A DNA stretch of 42,156 nt from NCBI GenBank assembly GCA_026395175.1, contig JAPLZF010000012.1, positions 1 through 42,156 of the forward strand, written 5' to 3'. Source of the stretch: Candidatus Staskawiczbacteria bacterium. GTDB taxonomy: Bacteria; Patescibacteriota; Minisyncoccia; Minisyncoccales; Staskawiczbacteraceae. Below, piece after piece: positions 36,222 through 42,156 of the stretch. The notes under the pieces are model-generated. The model had not been told where the DNA came from, made no database searches, and saw nothing but the letters and a program-made list of their open reading frames with translations. The translations under genes were made by a program, and so were the position numbers. Each line of letters starts with the position of its first letter. Positions within the stretch are counted from its first letter, which is position 1.

Positions 36222-37349
36222 TTACTTGCCTAAGTCATTATTTTTAATAGTTTCTACAATAAACTCCGCTAATTCTTTTTTGTTAAAGCCATACTTTACC
36301 TCTACATTTTTACCCTCAAAATCAACATTTCTTATTATCTCAATTTGTTTATCGGCTTCAAACCTCCCATATCCGCCAGAGCCAAAAGTCGTCCCAGTAT
36401 ATTTATGCCCGAAATTTTGGCTAAACGCTCGTTTCTGCTCCTCTGTTAGAGGCTGTTTTGATATTTGCCTAACTAATAAATGCCTAAAAGTGTGCGGGTG
36501 GTAATACTTAACTCCCGCATTTGTAAATCTTTTTTCAAAAATTTTCCTTAACGCTGTTTGTGCTTTCATAAATACTGGCTCAACTTTTCCTGTGTTGTAA
36601 TAACCTATATTATCTTTTCCGTTTTCAATTTTAGTAGCGGGAAATATAGGATTTTCTGGCGTAAATCCTCTTTGCTTTTGCAAGTAATCATACCATTGCA
36701 TAAAATAAGTTAGGGTCTCTTTGTAGAAAAAGGGGATTAAGACAGAGGTTATATTTGTTGAATTTTTTGTTTTTACTCCTAATTCAGTATGTTGGTATAA
36801 AACCTGTTTCTCTCGGTCAAAACTTTTCATTGGGAGCGTCATAATAGCCTCAATTCTCGCCCCTGTCATAACAGCCAAAGAAAGCAAAGCCTTGTCTCTC
36901 ATTTCAATCTCGTTCTCTCCCTTGATATTCTCAATGGCTTTTTTAACATCTTGCAAGTCGGGGCATTTTATATCTTTTGGCTGTATGGCTTCCTGTGTTT
37001 CCTTTTTTGTTAAATGCAGATAATCAACGGCATTGCTATCAATTCTCTTATAGCCCTTTTGCTTAGATAACCAATCAAAAAATAGCTTTATAAATCTTAA
37101 AATATGATAGCTGTAAGTTAGGCTAACATTCTCTTGGGAGCGGACTTTTTTCTTATTCCTTAGCCAGTTGGTAAATTCAACCGCTATTGTTTCGTTAAAA
37201 TTCTTAAAGTCTTTATAATCGGTAAAATCCTCCCATAAACAAATCGCATTTTCGTATCGGTTAACGCTTTTAGGTGAAAATTGTTTCTTAAATCTAAGCC
37301 ATTCATAAAATTTCCTTTTTATCTGCTCATTTTTATAAGTTGTTTTCAT
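36222..37349 (-). CDS. Tyrosine recombinase / phage-integrase family protein
   Basis: RDKALL...TGARIEA, KTK, HPHTFRH, NFGH...GYG. Confidence 0.9.
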   Translation of the reverse strand: MKTTYKNEQIKRKFYEWLRFKKQFSPKSVNRYENAICLWEDFTDYKDFKNFNETIAVEFTNWLRNKKKVRSQENVSLTYSYHILRFIKLFFDWLSKQKGYKRIDSNAVDYLHLTKKETQEAIQPKDIKCPDLQDVKKAIENIKGENEIEMRDKALLSLAVMTGARIEAIMTLPMKSFDREKQVLYQHTELGVKTKNSTNITSVLIPFFYKETLTYFMQWYDYLQKQRGFTPENPIFPATKIENGKDNIGYYNTGKVEPVFMKAQTALRKIFEKRFTNAGVKYYHPHTFRHLLVRQISKQPLTEEQKRAFSQNFGHKYTGTTFGSGGYGRFEADKQIEIIRNVDFEGKNVEVKYGFNKKELAEFIVETIKNNDLGK

Positions 37350-37412
37350 ATTTTTTTGTTTTATACCTTAATGGTTTGAATAGGACATTTAAGAGTAATA
37401 ATAAATAACTAC

Positions 37413-37811
37413 TTAATCCCGTTGGCATACCCTTAAATACTTAAATACCTTTCTCCCGCAAACCTCACAAATTCCAGCTTTTCTTAGTTGCTTGTGATTA
37501 TCTTTTCCTATTGTTTTGCCCGTTTCTATTATTTGCTCGCTTCCTGCTTTTGCCTTAACGGCTTTGTGGCATTTCAAGCATAAAAACTCATTTTCCCTTA
37601 TTGGAATTTTCCCTTTCTCCCGTTGCTTATTTATAAAATCTATTAAATCCTCTCCCCGAATAAAATATGGCTTTATACCCTCAATGGTTGCCAATCCCTC
37701 CTCACTAATCCAGCGACGGCAAGTTTTCCCGCTTACGCCATACAAATCCGTTATATCCTTTATTGAATAACTCCTCCTTGCCGTGATTAAGTTGATATTA
37801 TATTTAGGCAT
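37413..37811 (-). CDS. MerR/excisionase-type HTH protein with C-terminal zinc ribbon
   Basis: YSIKDITDLYGVSGKTCRRWISEEGL; CLKC...CEVCG. Confidence 0.8.
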   Translation of the reverse strand: MPKYNINLITARRSYSIKDITDLYGVSGKTCRRWISEEGLATIEGIKPYFIRGEDLIDFINKQREKGKIPIRENEFLCLKCHKAVKAKAGSEQIIETGKTIGKDNHKQLRKAGICEVCGRKVFKYLRVCQRD

Positions 37812-37815
37812 AGGA

Positions 37816-37998
37816 TTATTTTTCAGTTCCTTTTTTCTGCTCTTTAATTCCTTTCTTTTTATAAAGGTTCGGATTAACCCTCATATCAACCTTTAAGAGC
37901 AACTGAAAAAATCCCAGTAAATTTTGCTCGGCTTCATAGTCGTCAGCTTCTATGTTTTCATTCTCCCTGTTTAGCTCGTTGGGGCTTTCTGCTTTCAT
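37816..37998 (-). CDS. Small hypothetical protein
   Basis: 60 aa, EAEQNLLGFFQLLLKVDMRVNP; GGAGGA SD upstream; coupled to the next gene. Confidence 0.65.
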   Translation of the reverse strand: MKAESPNELNRENENIEADDYEAEQNLLGFFQLLLKVDMRVNPNLYKKKGIKEQKKGTEK

Positions 37999-38105
37999 AC
38001 CCCTATCCTCCCACGAAAAATAAACTTAAATAAATCTTAACAATAGCAACAAAAAAACCCACTTTGTTAGGGCTTTTTGGGAGTTAGCCTACCTGTTAAG
38101 TTCTT

Positions 38106-39326
38106 TTAAGTTGTTTTAAGTTTTTTTGCTTTTCTTTTCTGCAAAGATAGAAGTTGCTTTTGAGTTATGATTTTTGTTTTAATTTCTGGGTTAATAAGTC
38201 TAATATCTCGTCCAACAATTACTTCTGTAAGAGCGTATCTCCCTCCCATATAAATCGGGCAATTTTCATTGTAATTAAAATAATCCCGCATACTAACCGA
38301 AATGTCTTTTACTCCCGTTCTGTTTTCTGGTCGTATATTTTTGTCCGCTATCTCTTTAATAAAAATTTGCCAACTTTCAGAATTGTCTTTTATCTCTCTT
38401 GTCTCATTGTAGCCGTCATTAACAGCAACAGAGTGTCTGCCGTTTTTTAACTCTATGATAGTTATTTTTTCTACTTTTACTTTTCCCTCGCTTATAGCCT
38501 GTGGTTTTACTTGTTTCTTTTGCCTTTCCATTTCGTCCATTTTCAAGATAATGTGATTTTGAAATCTTATCATTGTTGGCTTAACTTTTTCAATTTTATA
38601 AAAGATTGGTTGTCTGTCAGATTTTCCCTCCTCTACCATTAGCCATTCTCCATATAAAATATCGTGGCTCATCATTAACTCCTGCATTGCCTTTGGAGAG
38701 TGATTTTCTACGCCCTCTTTAACTAATACTTTACGCCTCTCCCTGCCGTTTTTAATAATTTTATAGTATCTAATAATATCGTTCATTTTTCCCCATAGCT
38801 CGGTTTCATACCTTTTCCGTCCCTCTTGCAGTAAATCAAAATACAATTTAATCTCGTCCGTTATAAGAAAATGTTTTATATTTGGGCTGTTTTCCCAAAA
38901 GATAATATATTTTAAGGCAAATTCTTTGTGCTCGGGTATTATGTAAAGAAAGCGGATAACTTCGGATAGCTCGTCGTGTAATGCTTCGGTTAAAGCCCTG
39001 CTTCCCATTATTTTTCCACTCAAATAGCCGTCGTAATCATTCAAAGCCTCTTTTATCCCAGCATTATCAACATTGTTTTTAGTGAGATAATCAACGAGCT
39101 CTTTATGAAACCCCTTAATCTGCTCCACGCAAATTGTATCTAACATTTTTAATTTATCCTCAACAATTTTCAACTCTCCCAATAAATTATTAGCAATTTG
39201 GTCAAATTCTGGCACACTTTCAACATAATCAAGGTAATCGCATAACCCATAAAAAAAGTCCTTTGTATTCGCAAGGTCAATAAAAGAATAATATAGTCTA
39301 TCCAAAATTTCTGTTTCTCGGCTCAT
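38106..39326 (-). CDS. Hypothetical protein (island cargo)
   Basis: 406-aa ORF with no recognised motif. Confidence 0.8.
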   Translation of the reverse strand: MSRETEILDRLYYSFIDLANTKDFFYGLCDYLDYVESVPEFDQIANNLLGELKIVEDKLKMLDTICVEQIKGFHKELVDYLTKNNVDNAGIKEALNDYDGYLSGKIMGSRALTEALHDELSEVIRFLYIIPEHKEFALKYIIFWENSPNIKHFLITDEIKLYFDLLQEGRKRYETELWGKMNDIIRYYKIIKNGRERRKVLVKEGVENHSPKAMQELMMSHDILYGEWLMVEEGKSDRQPIFYKIEKVKPTMIRFQNHIILKMDEMERQKKQVKPQAISEGKVKVEKITIIELKNGRHSVAVNDGYNETREIKDNSESWQIFIKEIADKNIRPENRTGVKDISVSMRDYFNYNENCPIYMGGRYALTEVIVGRDIRLINPEIKTKIITQKQLLSLQKRKAKKLKTT

Positions 39327-39438
39327 TGCTCTTTAAGTATTTAGTATTAGACTATTTTACTTAAAAAGTTAAGCATTGTAAAGTATGCCGACTTGTATAT
39401 TCCTAAAATTTCGTGTTAGAGTATTATTATAAGCCTTA

Positions 39439-39537
39439 TTAGGCAAGCGAGAAATTAAAAGTTGAGACAAGAGCGTCTAACTCAACCCTCATAGCTCGCC
39501 AGTCAAAGGTTCTAAGTTCGTCTAATAGAGGGCACAA
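39439..39537 (-). other. Detached C-terminal coding fragment of the serine recombinase at attR
   Basis: Joining at GAGGGCACAA gives in-frame ...LCP-LLDELRTFDWRAMRVELDALVSTFNFSLA*, stop at 39439-39441. Confidence 0.75.
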
Positions 39538-39538
39538 T

Positions 39539-39573
39539 TAAAAAATTGCTAGGTCAGACCTAGCAATTTTTTA
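39539..39573. terminator. Perfect palindrome / bidirectional terminator (dnaJ and the pre-integration tRNA-Lys)
   Basis: TAAAAAATTGCTAGGTC-A-GACCTAGCAATTTTTTA, 17-bp arms. Confidence 0.8.
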
Positions 39574-40662
39574 TAATCCTTCTTTTTTCAACTGGTCAAG
39601 CAGTTCTTTTTGCTTGCGGGATAATTTTTTTGGGGTTTTAACTTTAAATTCAACATACATGTTTCCCCTGCCGTACCCGCCAAAGTGCGGAATTCCCTTT
39701 CCAGAAATTCTTAAAACTTTTCCAGTTTCTGTTCCTTGCGGAACTTGCAGTAAAATATTTGTGCCTTCCAAGGATTTTATTTCTATTTCATCTCCCAAAG
39801 CTGCCTGTGAAAAATTAATTTCTGTTTGCGAAAATAAATCGTCTCCCCTTCTCTCAAATGCTGGATGTTTTTTAACAAATATTCTTGCAAATAAATTTCC
39901 AGCTTTTGCTCCCTTTTTTCCAGCCTCGCCTTTTCCATCAACCCTTATTACTTGGTTTGTATCAATTCCAGCTGGAATATGAATTTCAATTGTTTCCTGG
40001 CCTTTTGTTCTGCCCTCGCCTTTGCATACATTGCATGGCTTTTCGGGAATTGTGCCCTCACCCTTGCACTCGGGGCAAGTTGCCAAAGTTGTATAACTGC
40101 CAAAAACCGTTTTCTGAACCTGCTGAACTTGTCCTGTGCCTCGGCAAGAAAAACATTCTTTTATTTTTGTGTTGGGCTCGGCCCCGGTTCCTTGGCACCT
40201 GTGGCAAGTGGCCTGTTTTGATAAAGTTACCTTTTCAACATGTTCTTTCAACACTTTTTCTAAAGTCAGTTCAATGTCAACCTGAATGTCTTTCCCTTTT
40301 TTCGGGTCTTTTTTGGCAGTTCGCCTTCCTCCGCCAAAAAATTGCTCAAAAACATCGCCCAAGTCACCCATGTCAAATTCAACCTCTTCTTGCTGGCGGG
40401 TGTTTCCCCATGACCAATTAAAACCTTGGCCTTCAAACGGATTCCCTCCTGGCTGGCCACCGTCAAAAACTCTTCCATACTGGTCGTATTGAGCTCGTTT
40501 TTGCGCATCAGAAAGCACCTGGTACGCTTCGTTTATTTCTTTAAACTTTTTTTCATCACCGCCTTTGTCTGGGTGATATTGGTGCGCCAGTTTATGAAAT
40601 GCTTTTTTTATTTCATCTTGCGACGCGTTTTTAGTCACGCCGAGAATTTCGTAATAGTCCAT
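39571..40662 (-). CDS. dnaJ: Chaperone DnaJ
   Basis: [11 protein letters not shown], four CxxCxGxG repeats. Confidence 0.98.
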   Translation of the reverse strand: MDYYEILGVTKNASQDEIKKAFHKLAHQYHPDKGGDEKKFKEINEAYQVLSDAQKRAQYDQYGRVFDGGQPGGNPFEGQGFNWSWGNTRQQEEVEFDMGDLGDVFEQFFGGGRRTAKKDPKKGKDIQVDIELTLEKVLKEHVEKVTLSKQATCHRCQGTGAEPNTKIKECFSCRGTGQVQQVQKTVFGSYTTLATCPECKGEGTIPEKPCNVCKGEGRTKGQETIEIHIPAGIDTNQVIRVDGKGEAGKKGAKAGNLFARIFVKKHPAFERRGDDLFSQTEINFSQAALGDEIEIKSLEGTNILLQVPQGTETGKVLRISGKGIPHFGGYGRGNMYVEFKVKTPKKLSRKQKELLDQLKKEGL

Positions 40663-40668
40663 GTCTTT

Positions 40669-42156
40669 TTATTTCTCTTCTTTATATTTTCCTTCTTCAG
40701 CGTCTGGTTTCTCATCATCTTTTGGTAAATCTTTTTCGTCTGGATTTGTTTGCGATTGTTCCTGTTTATAAAGTTCTCCGCCAATTTTCTGAATAAGCTC
40801 TGACAACTCCTGTGTTTTTAGCTTAATATCCTCTATGTTATCAGTTTTTTGCGCTTCCTTCAAGCCGTTAATTTTCTCTTCGACAGATTTTTTGTCATCT
40901 TCTTTTACCTTGTCTCCTGCGTCTTTTAAGGTTTTTTCACAGGTATAAATCAAAGCGTCTGCGGTATTTTTGATTTCAATTATTTCCTGTTTTTGCTTGT
41001 CGTCAGATGCGTGCATTTCTGCATCTTTTTTCATTCTTTCAACTTCATCTTTTGAAATTCCCGACGAGCCTTCAATTTTAATTGACTGAATTTTATTTGT
41101 TGCTTTGTCTTTTGCCGAAACATTTAAAATTCCGTTTGCGTCAATGTCAAATGCAACTTCTACCTGTGGAAGGCCTCGTGGAGCCGGTGGTATGCCGTCT
41201 AAAATAAATCGTCCAAGTGTTTTGTTGTCTTGTGCCATTGGCCTTTCACCCTGCAAAACATGCACCTCTACACTTGTTTGGCTGTCGGCTGCAGTTGAAA
41301 ACACTTGAGTTTTTGCAGTTGGCACAGTTGTATTTTTTGGAATTAAAATTGTGTCCACCCCGCCAAATGTTTCAATGCCCAAAGACAATGGAGTTACATC
41401 AAGCAATAAAACATCCCGCACATTTCCCTGCATAATTCCGCCCTGAATTGCAGCTCCAATTGCCACAACCTCGTCTGGGTTTACTTCTTTGTTAGGTTCT
41501 TTCCCAAAATATTTTTTCACCTCTTCTTGAATTTTTGGCATTCTTGTCTGCCCGCCTACCAATACGATTTCATTAATATCTTTTGGTTCAAGCTGGGCCT
41601 CTTTCATTGTTTTCTTAATCAAGTCAATAGACTTTTCAATGTCTTTTCCAACCATTTCTTCAAGCTGAGCTCTTTTTAATTTTAGCAATAAATGTTTTGG
41701 ACCGTTTTGGTCTGAAGTAATAAATGGCAAGTTAATTTCTGTTTCTAAACTAGAAGACAATTCAATTTTTGCTTTTTCTCCTGCTTCTTTAATTCTTTGC
41801 AAAGCCAAGTTGTCCTTTGATAAATCAACTCCGTTTTCTTTTTTAAATTCTGCCACAACCCAGTCCATAATTTTTTGGTCAAAGTCATCTCCGCCAAGGT
41901 GCGTATCTCCACCGGTTGCTTTAACCTCAATACTTCCCTGTTGTTCTTTATCTTCACCTTCTGAGGCTACAATTTCCATTGCAGTTACATCAAAAGTTCC
42001 GCCACCAAAGTCATAAACTACAATTTTCTCATCACGTTTTTTATTTAACCCATAGGCCAAAGCAGCTGCAGTTGGTTCATTTATAACCCTTCTTACATTA
42101 AACCCTGCAATTTCTCCGGCAATTTTTGTGGCTTTTCTTTGTGAATCATCAAAATA
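40669..42156 (-). CDS. dnaK: Chaperone DnaK (5'-truncated by the window edge)
   Basis: Frame open to 42156 ([11 protein letters not shown]...[12 protein letters not shown]); [32 protein letters not shown]. Confidence 0.98.
   Translation of the reverse strand, partial: YFDDSQRKATKIAGEIAGFNVRRVINEPTAAALAYGLNKKRDEKIVVYDFGGGTFDVTAMEIVASEGEDKEQQGSIEVKATGGDTHLGGDDFDQKIMDWVVAEFKKENGVDLSKDNLALQRIKEAGEKAKIELSSSLETEINLPFITSDQNGPKHLLLKLKRAQLEEMVGKDIEKSIDLIKKTMKEAQLEPKDINEIVLVGGQTRMPKIQEEVKKYFGKEPNKEVNPDEVVAIGAAIQGGIMQGNVRDVLLLDVTPLSLGIETFGGVDTILIPKNTTVPTAKTQVFSTAADSQTSVEVHVLQGERPMAQDNKTLGRFILDGIPPAPRGLPQVEVAFDIDANGILNVSAKDKATNKIQSIKIEGSSGISKDEVERMKKDAEMHASDDKQKQEIIEIKNTADALIYTCEKTLKDAGDKVKEDDKKSVEEKINGLKEAQKTDNIEDIKLKTQELSELIQKIGGELYKQEQSQTNPDEKDLPKDDEKPDAEEGKYKEEK

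Larger units (their letters stand above)
30607..39537. mobile_element. ~8.9 kb integrative defence island at tRNA-Lys
   Basis: Direct repeat GAGGGCACAA at 30607-30616 (tRNA 3' end) and 39528-39537; encloses two recombinases, an R-M pair and HTH genes, all on the - strand; housekeeping dnaJ resumes immediately after. Confidence 0.88.

Noticed and set aside
39486-39537. Second tRNA gene
   Set aside because: No anticodon arm and no paired T-stem; treated as the attR/attP arm.
30607-39537. Prophage or conjugative element
   Set aside because: No capsid, terminase, replication, relaxase or T4SS genes recognisable.

Overview
AT-rich bacterial chromosome segment. Gene content and protein families point to Patescibacteria (CPR, Parcubacteria-like); this assignment is an inference. 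The backbone is housekeeping: efp, thpR, murC, tyrS, aspS, dacA-like, mraY, tRNA-Ala, DEAD helicase, GSII-type glutamine synthetase, ctpA, rplI, pyrG, rpmA, uppS, xer, gltX, murG, ftsW, a murL-murD fusion, tRNA-Lys, dnaJ and dnaK. Genes run mostly + until about 18.8 kb and protein-coding genes run - afterwards, converging at a xer gene surrounded by dif-like sites. An ~8.9 kb element is integrated at the 3' end of tRNA-Lys and carries a large serine recombinase, a BcgI-like R-M pair, a PD-(D/E)XK nuclease and a second (tyrosine) recombinase. The most striking observation is that the attachment site lies inside the serine recombinase gene, so excision would swap its C-terminal tail for an intact 29-codon tail stored at the far end of the element. 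Also notable are a two-gene cassette punctuated by 20-bp palindromes, a Cas2/PaaX-like gene bracketed by 42-bp hairpin direct repeats, and several small in-frame insertions in conserved genes. All calls come from reading the sequence by eye; no searches were run.
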